64,000 nucleotides of DNA from Oopsacas minuta (taxonomy: Eukaryota > Animalia > Porifera): contig JAKMXF010000177.1 of the NCBI GenBank assembly GCA_024704765.1, positions 434,001-498,000 of the forward strand. Direction: 5' to 3'. This document shows positions 46,814-59,150 of this stretch, one piece after another. Position 1 is the stretch's first letter; every line of letters starts with the position of its first letter. The notes below the pieces were generated by a model. The model was not told the origin of the DNA, made no database searches, and saw nothing but the letters and a program-made list of their open reading frames with translations. The translations under genes were made by a program, and so were the position numbers.

Positions 46814-47448
46814 AAAACCTTGATATGTTTCATTTGTATTAATTAGTATTTTATAAAAATACAAAGGATTCTGAATTCAAATTGACCCAAAATTGTGATC
46901 TCAATAATTTATAATAGGATGCCCATGATTCAACCATATACAATAGTTCGAGCATAGATGGGGGCCTGGGCCATGGCCTATTCGGCACGCCTAAATACGG
47001 CCATGTACATGTCTACCAACGTCTAGGGATTGGGCTCCAGGCGTTCACTCAAGGGATTATCTAGGAGCGACGGACGCTCCTCTGGCGCATAATTTTTGAT
47101 GAAATTATATTTAGGAGCGTGAAAATTAAGGATCTTTCCCTATACCCAGAGGCGAATTAGCCCGGTGGGCTGGTTTGATTGGGGTCATAGTGTCTGCAGC
47201 AGACCCTAACAGGGGAATTTGTTTAAATCTCCATGTGAGTCCTAGTCTTTGTTTCGCCCATAACTGACAAACTTTGCCAAACATATCCCTGGACAAAAGG
47301 CTTGTATTCCCTACAAAGTGGATATTTCCCCTGGACATTTATAGAGAGGTCAAACCATAAATTTGCAATCGATCACTACGCTCGTTATACTAGATGAGAG
47401 AGAATGTGCTTTGAAGACGGACTTTTATGTAACTATGTGTACAGACTT

Positions 47449-47853
47449 TGGGCATTATATCGTGCGATCATTGATTGCACGATCACGATCTGTTTTTTAC
47501 GATCGGAGGATGATAGCTGATCATTTTTTCCCGAAAAATTTTGATCTTTTTAGGCCGACAGAATTTGAAAATTTGGGAATGTAGATCCCAAAATGTATAT
47601 AAAATCTATGTACTAATTTTCATGACAATCGGACTGGTAGATTTCGCATGGCCGCCCGGACGGAAGGACTGCCATAGGTAATAGGCATCTCCCTATATGA
47701 AGTGCTTATAAATTTCAGAAATGTGATCGGAAAAATGATCATGATTGTGATCGCGATCCTTTTTGGGTGCAAGGGATCAGAATCACGTCTCCTATCATTT
47801 TTATTGATCGATCGTGATCGTGATCATTAATTTGGTGATCGACTAATACCCTA
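47449..47853. mobile_element. GATC-rich MITE with a nested HINE-like fragment (47600-47705)
   Basis: Termini (T)GGGCATTA...GATC / GATCGACTAATACCCTA and many ACGATC subterminal repeats; related fragments near 14400-14480 and 61640. Confidence 0.55.
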
Positions 47854-48990
47854 TATGTACTACATTATATTACGCATCACCTAACTTATTCGTCATATGT
47901 ATGGTTTGGTGTTCGCAAGAGCGTTGCACCATATTAAAATGAATGTATTTAGAGTCTATCAAGGTATATAATATACATTTGGAGCAACTTCGGATTTAGC
48001 GACACATCGTATATAATGACCTTTTTTGCCTTTCCAAATGAGTGTCGTTAAATCAGAACTTTACTGTACTAATTAAGTATTACACTAAATACTAAGTACG
48101 AAGTATTGTTGGAGTTTTATGAAGGCGGTCTACAAATAGAGAAAATAATAGTTAGTATGTTTATCTATTACTTTACAAGAAATACATCAAAATATTAATA
48201 GAATATATATTAATTCTGTCTCTGTATTATCCTTTATATAGTTATCAAAGAGTTTAGCATAGAATAGCATATAATAACTAGTGCATATTATGCCTGAGGA
48301 TATTAAAGGTAGGATTAATGAATGTTGAAATGGATTTCTTTATGTGGGTATTTAGGTAATAACCATATTCAATTTGAATATTAGTTAATCTACACAAAAG
48401 CAGATAAACATTACATACAATTATCAATATCTTACAAATATTTCGTATTAATCAACAGATAATAATACCACATAAGATTCGTTCAAATATGACCCAATTC
48501 TTATTTCACAGAATTAGGAAATTTACAAGAGTGTAATAATTTCACAATGAATGTGATCATCTTCGTTATATAACCGTTGGAGATAAGGTTTCAACTATGG
48601 GCATTTCCTGTAAACCTCTGGATTGTTGGGTACTACCAATATCTGTATTTATCGAGGTTGCTTGGTGCTTTCTATATCATCACAACAACCCCAAACAGCA
48701 AATGCAAGCTACACCTTTCACATATATTATCAGATAAAAAAACAACAAGTATATATTTGCAGATTACTTATTATCACTATTTTCAAAAAACCGATACTGA
48801 ATACACAAATGAAAACATATTTCCAGATAAACAATTAAACACCCTTCCTTGTACAAGTACATGAAGTAGCTGACATTGAACTATCAGGGTTTACTAGATA
48901 TATGAAAGATATATCATGAAAGATATACACAATGTACAAATGAATAAATAATAGAGCAAAACAAAGCTGTAATAAAGACTGAGTTACATT

Positions 48991-51393
48991 TCACAGTATA
49001 ACTCTCTGAGCACATTTCTTTGTTATATCATAAAGTAGAAGTATCTCAAATGCTAGAATGTGGTATTGAGTATCTTCTGGATAGGAGTTAGAAATTGTGC
49101 GAATTTTTTCTATTGGTTTTTCGCCTAAGAGTTTAATATAAATATCTGGCTGCTTGTATATTAAATTACATATCACCCAAAGAGCACAGAGAGCAACTCT
49201 AGCGTCTCTAGCATGAAGACAGTCTATTAACATTTCTAGCGTATCAAGATAATAGCTGCGAGGTGTCTTATAATCAATCTGGTGGATTGCTTCTACAGCT
49301 AAATCCAGTGCTTGCTCTCCCTTCTCTTCCCAATTCCACATCTCAGCACCTAGAGCATAGTAAGCTGGAATAGAGATAGCACAAGCTACAGCATCTTGAT
49401 GATACTTGTGTGGATTACTGAGTACAGCAAGTACAGGAGACAGCATTTGATAAGACACACTTGCTTTCTCATCCTTCAGACAAAACTCAGCTATATTCTC
49501 TAATGAGGCCATGACGAGATCTACAATTTCCAGCTTGTTTTCTGTTGAATATTCCTCTATTAACTTAACAAGCAGATCACTATGTAGCTTTTGGCTTAGC
49601 TCTAAACAATTAGGTAAAGAATGGTATGTTAAGCTCATGAGACCTGAACTAGCACGTTTGATATGGTCATCACTTTCCTTCTGATCAAACTTCAATGCAA
49701 TCAGTCTCATTAACGTCTTAATACCGCCTAACTTCTGACCAATGAAAGATTTTTGTTCGGGATCTTTGTGGATCACCAAGTTACAGAAGAGACGCAACAT
49801 TTCATTCAATAATTTATAAAGATGGTGATTTGGTGATAACAACAACCACGAGTAATCACACGACTTATGAATAACAGCGAATATGCATTTGCTAATAAAA
49901 TAATTCACATTAATCTGTAAATTAGAGTTATTTTGATCTGTGATTAAGAAGCAAATTGCCAAACACGTATTTGTAGCTAGATAAGCTCCACTTTGCTGCA
50001 AAATACTTTCTATGTTAATTTCATTAAATAAAGCAACGCAAGACTTCATAGTATGTGAAATTACTTCTGATGGGAGATCACGCTTTAGGAGTGCGTAGAG
50101 ACATGCAGTACATCTAAGTAGCATTGCTGTATCTGATTCAACACCAAGAGCATTGTTACATGCATATACATTAATGTATTGGTCTAGTGGATCTAAAATG
50201 AGACGAATAAGTTTAACAGTTGTATCAGTAGAAAAAGATAGTAGTTTGTTCACAATGAAATTGAAAATATCAGAGTATAGCAGAGCCATATAATCGTAAA
50301 CATGACAGTAATGCTGTACTGTAGTTAGTATCTGCTCTTCGTTAGCACTACCGGCGATCTCATTACAGTCTATACTCAAACTTTTCTTCAATTGTGTAAG
50401 AGGTGTGTGGTAAAGCCCGAAAAATATCAAACCATGACTCATATGCGATATCATTACATCCGGTACCTCATCAAGTGCCGACCATGCGGACAAATCTAGA
50501 TGAGTGAGAGTAGTAAACTTAGAGAGAGCTGTGTAGAACAGAATCAGATGGGAAATATCGACAGCATTAAAGTTAGTTACAGTATAGAGAATAAGTTCTC
50601 GTAGCTGTAGATTAGAGTACAGATCATTAGCTGAATTATAGTGTATCTCTAAGAGTGTCTTATAGTCACGTATTTCAAAAAATGAATCAGGGAAATTTGT
50701 GAAATGCAAATCTAGCGATCTCAAGTTTGGAAATGATTTTAAAGCGAAGCAAAGAATTTCTACGGGCACCAGTCCTTCAAAATCTAAAATATTTTCACCT
50801 AGGTCAAGATGTGTAAGATTAACAAAAGAATTCAAAGATGATATTCGTTGAAATTTCTGACAATTTCTAAGCTTCAGTATCTTTAAACTAACTGCAGTTC
50901 TATTGGGAAAAGATTGGAGGATGGAATCAGTGACAATAAAACAATCTGATAAATTAAGAGAGGTGAGCGCGAAGGTACACAGTTGTGAGAATCTGTCGAG
51001 GATATAAGGTTCATTCTGTATGGGGAGGGATACTTCAGAGAGAGAACAAAACGATATGGAAAATAATCTGTTAAAACATTCTTTCGGGACATTTTCATCA
51101 GCTATAAAATGACTTAATAGTTTGTCAGATATCCAGTGGGGAAGAAGTGGTTGATCTGATCCAGATTTCAACAAATTAGATTGAAAATAATTCAGAACTT
51201 GACTTATTGCATCATTTATCAACGTTACAGAGTTGATATTCTCACATTCACTGTAGCTACACTTAATAGAGCTAACTAGTGAAGAAATACAGCATTCGGA
51301 GAGAGATAACAAGCGTTGCTGATGAACAGAATAAGTATTATAAGTTCCTTCTTCAACAAACCAGTTCATTTTAGATATTATTAATATAATCAA
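48991..51393 (-). CDS. ZER1/ZYG11-family protein (BC-box, LRR, armadillo-like repeats); CRL2-type substrate receptor
   Basis: 800-aa single ORF with N-terminal LSLSECCISSL (BC/VHL-box-like), LRRs (LTSLNLSDC, LTHLDLGEN, LRSLDLHFT, LTHLDLS), GLYHT, ANEEQIL and C-terminal ALWVICNL...PDIYIKLL. The start may be the second Met (MNWF). Confidence 0.8.
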   Translation of the reverse strand: MIILIISKMNWFVEEGTYNTYSVHQQRLLSLSECCISSLVSSIKCSYSECENINSVTLINDAISQVLNYFQSNLLKSGSDQPLLPHWISDKLLSHFIADENVPKECFNRLFSISFCSLSEVSLPIQNEPYILDRFSQLCTFALTSLNLSDCFIVTDSILQSFPNRTAVSLKILKLRNCQKFQRISSLNSFVNLTHLDLGENILDFEGLVPVEILCFALKSFPNLRSLDLHFTNFPDSFFEIRDYKTLLEIHYNSANDLYSNLQLRELILYTVTNFNAVDISHLILFYTALSKFTTLTHLDLSAWSALDEVPDVMISHMSHGLIFFGLYHTPLTQLKKSLSIDCNEIAGSANEEQILTTVQHYCHVYDYMALLYSDIFNFIVNKLLSFSTDTTVKLIRLILDPLDQYINVYACNNALGVESDTAMLLRCTACLYALLKRDLPSEVISHTMKSCVALFNEINIESILQQSGAYLATNTCLAICFLITDQNNSNLQINVNYFISKCIFAVIHKSCDYSWLLLSPNHHLYKLLNEMLRLFCNLVIHKDPEQKSFIGQKLGGIKTLMRLIALKFDQKESDDHIKRASSGLMSLTYHSLPNCLELSQKLHSDLLVKLIEEYSTENKLEIVDLVMASLENIAEFCLKDEKASVSYQMLSPVLAVLSNPHKYHQDAVACAISIPAYYALGAEMWNWEEKGEQALDLAVEAIHQIDYKTPRSYYLDTLEMLIDCLHARDARVALCALWVICNLIYKQPDIYIKLLGEKPIEKIRTISNSYPEDTQYHILAFEILLLYDITKKCAQRVIL

Positions 51394-54300
51394 CTTATAT
51401 TATAATAAATATTTATAGCATCGTCTACCTATTATGCAACTTGATAACTATAATTATGCATTATTGTTCTGTGATACAATACAGACAGTTGAAGTAAATT
51501 ATCTAATACAAGCTAAGCCAAGCACATTTACACTGTCGCAATATTTATAATTCTAGAAATTGAGTGATATCAACCTGTCTGAGGAATTATTTGTTACATT
51601 ACCGATAATTAGTAATTAGAGTATAGCCTACATCAGGTTAGAAATAGCTGAATCCTAACAAAAGCATAGTATCTTATCATCATATTTGATCGACCAAGTA
51701 TGTTATTACATAAAATTGAACTACTTTAGGTTTCTAGGACCGAAGAATCCATTACTATTACTTCATTTCACTTAAATTCAAATATAAAGAATTTGAGTGG
51801 AATCGTCATTGAAAATTGTGCTTGCATGAAATGCGATAACATACAGCCCAAAATGACCGGCCAAATGCTGGTTTAACCAGTATTTGTAGCTACAAATTAT
51901 ATTACGAAATTGAATATTGGAATAATTCTTGTAAATGATTCAAATTATTCACTCATTGTTATGTTAGAGTAATATTTTTCATATGTTTATATTTGGAAAT
52001 AAACCATAAAAATAGTGATAACCAGAATAGGGTCATATTTTCATAGAAGAGGAGTTATTCTCAGGACCCTAGGGTCCTAGCATTATTTCTGGGACCCTGT
52101 TTGAAACTAATCAAAATAAAAATACACTAGACTGATAATAAGTTTTTAAAATACAATAAATATAGGGTCCTTGGGTCCTAGATATAATTTTCCTTCATAG
52201 AAACTGTTATCATTACTTGTCTATATTATCAAACTTTACCTCATCGGGAGCCATTATATTCTATTGATTCTAAACTCGAGCTATATTTGACCAGTTAATT
52301 GCGGTATGAGAAATATACTAGGTTAACCGAAGAGTGTCGTCCCCATCATATATTCATTGCATTGTTCCTTGTGTGTTGAGAGGTAAAAACTACAAATTGA
52401 TTTATGAACAGAACGAATTCTGATTTTCTATTTTAGGTTCATATTCTCAATTTCAACTTTTGTGTCGGATATATTTGCATCATGATTGTGGATGGATATT
52501 AAAATTTTAGTATAAAAACATAATATATTTTATAGGCCAAGAATAACAGCGATTAAATGGTTCAGTGTGGCAAAATGGCGATTATGGGGTAATAGGTACT
52601 TACACTGAAGATATATGTTGAAATGTTGTCATATATAGTAAATCGACACTGTAGATTTCAAAAATGGCACTAGATTTTTAGTTCCACTTCTGGAAATGGG
52701 ACTATGACGTAATCTGTGGTATTTTGATATAATTAATAATTATGGTTGAAGAATAAATGAGTTCTAAATTTGTGAGTGTTTTATACCAGCTAGCACTAAT
52801 TATTGATAAACTTGAATAACAATGCGTATACTGAATTAATTGATGCATTGGATATTTCATAAAATAATACTAATGAATTAAAAATACAGAAATTATAAAA
52901 TGTTATAACGAAAATAAAATTTTTCTAAAATACATTTCATCCGAATGGATGTGCTCCATACACTTAATGTTAAGAAAAGTATAAGTGGACGGACGCCTTT
53001 GGGCGGGTCTAGAAATTATTGAAAATTAAATTTAGAATGATATACTATGCGAAATTACCAACTATTCAACTCGCAATTGTTTGCATTGTAAGATCGGGAT
53101 AAAAATAGACGGCTAAAAACGCTTGAGAATAAAAAATAAAGATTGAATTTGTTTTGCAAACGAAGTAAAGTGAATCACATAATGCATACGAATACTAATA
53201 AATGCCATTGAATTACTAAAAATCTTTGAATGCTGAAATATCACAAGGGTATTTGAAGGATCAATATTTGCGGTTTTCGGGTTTTCAAATTTCAAATTTT
53301 AGCCTAAGTTTGAGACTTTAGTTAGACATGTTATGAGTTCATTAAGTAACTAATAATCGCATGTTTCTAGGTTCGAAATATTGTAGAATCGAATGCACAC
53401 AAATTTTGGTAAATAGCGAGGTTAAATTTTCAGCTATTACCGCATAGGTCCGCACTGTGTGGTTTAGCTGATTATATTGAACCAAGTTATACCATCCCCT
53501 TTATTCGATTAACCAATCCCAGCCCGAGTTTCCCTGTTTAATAAAGTTTATATTACGACAATATACATTAATGTGATGGGTAATGCATTTGTGTATATTT
53601 ATAAGTTGATGTATAGTGAGAGCACATTTTGAAGACCCCTGAGCTAGAGCGTAATAAGTTGTGGTCTATGCTACAAATCTATAAGGTACTGTGACTACCG
53701 TCCTAGGCTATGATATGTTGTTGTATTTGTCATATACCTACTTCTACATTGTCATAATGTTGAACTAGTAGATATAGCATTCATATATTAAAATCAACTA
53801 CCAGGTGTATGCGTCTAAGGTTAATAGAATACTACTACGCTTCTCTTTGTAGGAACCAAAAGTGGCCAATCTAGCTCCTTTCGATCAAAATTTTATTTTA
53901 ATCGCGAGATAATTGACATCAGATCTCCATAGTTGCTAGAAAATTATCCCCAGGCCCGTAAAATAATCATGTCCCTAGCTATTGTCCCGGGTACAATTAA
54001 TAAGGCAGCAGTTTTGACTTTTGATACGGTTACCAAGGGCACAGAACTTCTAACAACTCCAGGAAGGGCTCACTAATTTGTATTAGCTCTTTCAGGCTGT
54101 AACCAAACGAGGGGAGCTAAAGCCCCCCCAGCCCCCAAAAAACACCACTGATAAGTTACTGGGTATATGAGAAGCAAAAACTGGGTAGGCTTTGTAACCT
54201 GGGAGGAAATCTATAAGGGGCATATAAAGGCACCTGGAACAACAATGAGGTAGCTGTAAATCACTAGTAGTCTATGAATGACGCTGACACTACATCTTCT

Positions 54301-54649
54301 AGAGAGCGTTAAGAGACACTAGTCCTAGATTGACCAGGTATAGCCCGTACAAAAAAAAGCGTGACAGTACAAGGCCATAGGAGCCTTTACCGCAGCGCCG
54401 CACCAACTATTTCTCTGCTACCTACGTCCCTACAGTCCCAATATATAAACACGCTAATCACTATATAATTGGGAAATAATCAAACACAAATAAATACGTG
54501 AAATAGTTTATAAACAAGAGGGTTAGAGATTAGAGCCACTGTAGACAGTTATCCACCTTCATGTCACCAAATGTAATATAGCCAGGGTCTTCTATAATGT
54601 GCAAGAGGGACAGAATGTTTAAGACAGTCCATATCCTATCCCACAAACC

Positions 54650-54695
54650 TTTTTGACTTGGGAGGGAACTATGAAATTCCCTCCCAAGTCAAAAA
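54650..54695. repeat. Perfect 19-bp stem-loop
   Basis: TTTTTGACTTGGGAGGGAA-CTATGAAA-TTCCCTCCCAAGTCAAAAA. Confidence 0.9.
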
Positions 54696-55223
54696 CTGGA
54701 ATTGTCCGAGAAATCGCATATGTAAATTCTCAATTCACGTTTGATATTATTAATTAAGGGACAAATTGAAGTTGTATGCTCCTACTATCTGATCCTCTAT
54801 GAGTATGGATTCTAGTGAGTTCTCCTTTGTAGAGAAAACCTTTGGAGAGGACAGGGGATCCGGGGAAGAGATAGATAACTTAATTTCTAACAACCTTCAT
54901 TTCTTGTAGCCATGGAAACCTGTTGAGTATCTTTGTATGCATGATGGAAAAGCGTACGCGGGGCAAATCCCAAATTTGGCCTAAAACGGACGGTTGTAAG
55001 CTTCCACCAGCTCTATACTTTTTAGTATTATGGTGGATCTGGCCCTGGGTGGGCTGACGAATTTCAGCGTGGATATGAGCCAACTTTAGTTGCGGCTATG
55101 CCCTATGGCAGCAAGTGTCACCAATTTATGTGACCTAATTCCTCCGATTTATTATTCTTATAAACCCAAAAATTCTACTCTTAAATACTAAAATTAAGTA
55201 ATTTTATCTATTTTAGACATAAA

Positions 55224-56151
55224 ATGTTTCGGTTGCCAAAATCAATATCCAAAGTTCGATACTTATCATTCAGGAATCCTTATGAAGCTGAAACCGGAAG
55301 TATAAATAAACCACAATTACTAGAACTTAGTGAAAGCGCTTTGAGACAAAAGGACTATTTCGGCGTAGAGAAAATGGTGACAATAAAGGAACTTTTTGAA
55401 AACAGGGTACATATAGGGCATAGATCAGGGAAAGTACACAGTGAAATGAATAAATATATACTCGGGACCATGGATGGTATTTCCATTATAGATTTAGATA
55501 AAACTCTACCACGAATGAGACAGGCACTCAATTTCGTGAGTCATGTCGTATATAGGAATGGGATAATTTTATTTGTGAATGAGAGGCCACATTTTACAAG
55601 AGTGACACAAGAAACAGCGAGAGAGTGTGGGGAATATTTTGCCACACGATGGGTACCAGGTATGTTTAGCTAATTTTAGAATAGTTTAATAAAAAACAAT
55701 GTGGACTATGGACTTGTTTCTCGATACTTTTGTTCCTAGTTTAGCTAGATTATCTGTACTGTCCAAGTCCAAAACTTTTATAATAATTATTCATTGGTGG
55801 ACAAATACAAGTTAGGTGTAAATATTTATTTACTTAATTAGTTATTTTGGATTAGGTACATTCTCAAATTACGGAACTTATCTGAAAACTGCTCCCTTTC
55901 CAGACGCAATAATCGTGTTCAATTGTATACTGAGCGAAATTCTAATCAAAGAAGCTCAGAGTTGCGGAATACCTGTCATAGCAATTTGTGATTCAGATTC
56001 TAACCCAGATAACACAATGTATCCTATACCTGGTAATGATGATACATCTCAAACAGTTGTGTATTATAAAGACCTGTTTAAGAGGGCTGTTATACAGGCT
56101 AAGATTAAACGTAATCAAGATTTCATCAGACACGATAATACATTGAATTAA
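55224..56151 (+). CDS. MRPS2: Mitochondrial ribosomal protein S2 (uS2m), 2 exons (55224-55659, 55856-56151), about 243 aa
   Basis: LFENRVHIGH, YILG...IIDLDKT, GIILFV, ETARECGEY; the splice WVPG|TFSN; FPDAII, IKEAQSCGIPVIAICDSDSNP...YPIPGNDD. A basic N-terminal targeting-like peptide is present. Confidence 0.93.
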
Positions 56152-57108
56152 TTGTTTAAGGGTTTATCACTTAATTTAGTTCCCAGCATAATTAATGCTT
56201 TGTATTAATCCCATACTTTCAATAAATATATTTAATTGTCTCTTCACTTAACCGAATACTGACGGGAAAATGTGTGATTTTATGATGTCAAAAAGGTGCT
56301 AAATCGCGGTTTGGTGCGGGAATTTGTTAAATCGATGTGGTAAATTTTAGTAGTGATCAGTTATAAAGAGGGCGCTGTAAACAATCAGAAATGTCCAGTA
56401 GCGAAACCCATCGCAAGAAAAACGTTTGATTTGCAATTAACACATTAAGTTACCATATTTCTGTTCCCTTGGGGTAATAATGTGGGAGCACATATAGCAC
56501 GACACCACTGCTCCTACTTATATCTAATTTATTCCAAAATCATGGTTGACCAAAAAATCGATAAAGCAGATTTGAAATTCACAGAAAATACAATTAGAAA
56601 AATTAATAGCAATGTTTTGTTTTTTGACGTAATTATCCTAATTAGGAGCCAAAAATGATGAATCTAATTCAAATTGAATATAGTCCACTGTAAAAAAAGG
56701 TAGGATATATAACTGGGGAAAGCCGGTATTTTTCCAATTTTTCAAAATTCACTCTATGAATTAGCCAGCTTTCAGTGAAAAATATCAACAGAAAAGTTAA
56801 ATAAAATTCTAACACAATGAATTTATTTTTGGTAAATTTCAAGCCAAATTCAACAAAGAAAATCCCAAATAGTCTGTTATTTGAGAAAATCGGCCTTTGG
56901 CCGATTTCATTTTTAATTTCTTTGCACAAACATAGCAGAGACTTCATCCCTGCAGTTTCTATTAACCGAATACTGTATAACAGGCCATGGCAAAAATTAG
57001 TCAGACCATAGCCTGACTGGCCTGAACGTTTGCGCCGCCCCTGCAGTGAATTACCTTTTAAACATCTGTCTATTAATAATGAAATATACACAAAAATATA
57101 TCTACAAA

Positions 57109-59150
57109 TCAACGTTCAAATGAGTATCTGTTTAAGAATGTATATGTTTGAATAGCAGTGTTAATTATAGTTTTCATATCTTGGTTCCACTCTACGCTCT
57201 GTCTACTCTTCATAGCGGTAGAGAACACACTTTTAGAGGCTTTTTCCAAATAAGAATTGCTACAATATATCTCCATATGATTGCACATTATTTTTAAGGA
57301 TAATATCGGATTCGTGATAAGATCTTCATGATGGAGAGTTAACATTCTTTCTCCGAAGTAGTCAATGTATCTTCGTATTTTTTGTAAGGAATTTATATGT
57401 CTCTTCACAAAGATACTCAAATTAGCATTTTCTATTATTAATTTATTTTCTCCTAACAGAGCGTCTTTTCTTGCTTCCCCCGAAATTCCGTAGAGAAACT
57501 TGGTTGCTATGTTATCATAAGGGTTTCGTACAATGTGAAATATTTTGAGAGGACAGCCAACGAAATACTGGAACCTTTCAAGCTTTAAGAGGATGTCTTC
57601 TGATCCCCTTCTTATCCATCGAGACCAGAGATCCTCCTTCTAGGGAGTACAGTTTAGAAGTAATAACGATCTCTACTTTAGAGAGCTAGTTAATATCAGC
57701 CAAATTATTAATATAAAGCACCAGTTGACCCAATTTCTAATGAATAATACATCGCATGTAAATGTTCATCTATATTCCCCATTGTTCTATCATACAGCTC
57801 GATTCGTAAGCTATTTGTTCCTAGCACACTCAGTATGGTACTGAAAGAGTTGCTCTATTTGAAATTTCTTTAATACAAAAGAACATTCGTGGAATTATAC
57901 TAGCAAATAGGTGCATTGCATTAGATTCGGAATTCCCGCAATCAAACACCATTACCATAAATTTAATTATTTCCTCACTTTTGTCTCCAATAATTTGTAT
58001 GTAATCTTCGTAATGTCCTTGATATAGTCCCGGTACATCTAGTGTATAGTACTTTCGGGTTGAGTTTGGACTTCTGAACCCGCCCTTTCCATTTGTAGTT
58101 GACCTAGCCTTGTTCATAATCTCATTAAATAAATCGTATCTATTATATGGCTCTGTTTCATTTCTAGAATTGGTCCATCTTTGCACAGCATGCAATTCAT
58201 GAGATATAACAATATGTGGATGAGCGTCTAAGAGAGCTGCTACAATGCTATGACCACTACGTGCATATCCTATGAACAGCACAAAATACTTTATCATATT
58301 TCCCGCTTTACCATTTCGGAATATATTTTGATCTTCAGGTCTCAGGAATTCTTCAGGAAAACAATGCTTATTCTTGTTCTTCAATATATTTCTATAGACG
58401 TATGTATTATACTTGAATATAGAATATTGTTACCTGTAGGCTGTAGAATTCCAAATTGGGTACTGATCAAGACTTACCTCTTCTCGAAACATTCATCTAA
58501 CTTTTCCTGTCCTATCTTTATTATTTCTTGTAAACCTATTTGAATTGAAATATGTAAATCAATAATACTACAATAAAGTCTATAGAATCATTATGAACAT
58601 GTAGTTCACGAATACCTTAATGCCTTAATAGAATAATCGGGTAATCGAGTCAATTAGTCATAAACAGACCATAAAAATACAGTGGAACATACTTAATGGC
58701 CGCTTAAATAAATATAGTCCTGTCGGAAGATTTTCATTAGCAATCGACTTCTGTATGCCTAGTCCCCTCGGTGGCAGTTATAGACAAATTCGAATTAAGT
58801 CCTGTTAATGTAGCTAACACCTTTACTCCGAATAATCAGGTTTATTGGTTACCTTCATGCTCTACTTCAGTCAGATTTATATTCTGTTTTTGTTTGACTT
58901 TGAAATCAATACATTTATCGATATAAGTTCGTTTTGTTTGTATCTCCTCTCCACATAATCTCATGGCTAATTCTACTCTATCCACAGCTAACTCAGACTC
59001 TATTCCTTTCTCTCTCAGCGAATTCTTCACTATCAACATTTCCTCCATTATTCCCAGTATCCTATTCCTCTGATGAATATAGCTTATTCCTCCAGATATT
59101 ACAAGAATGGATAGGAATATGTTTAGTATTGAATGCTTATGCAATATCAT
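57109..59150 (-). CDS. Type II membrane sulfotransferase-family (P-loop) protein, 4 exons; exon 3/4 junction ambiguous
   Basis: Exons 59150-58853, 58535-58478, 58391-57979 (or -57956) and 57639-57109, with GT-AG and matching phases for introns 1-2. N-terminal TM; 5'-PSB-like IGYARSGHS...LLDAHP; HIVRNPYDNIAT; LHHEDLI. Confidence 0.7.

Noticed and set aside
6409-51393. Functional clustering of two Elongin-BC-type receptors, or of the lysosomal genes WDR81 and MFSD8
   Set aside because: They are separated by unrelated genes with no shared regulatory evidence; probably coincidental.
54780-55135. GC-richer segment with the peptide YYGGSGPGWADEFQRGYEP just upstream of MRPS2
   Set aside because: No phase-compatible upstream exon or family match was found; left unannotated.
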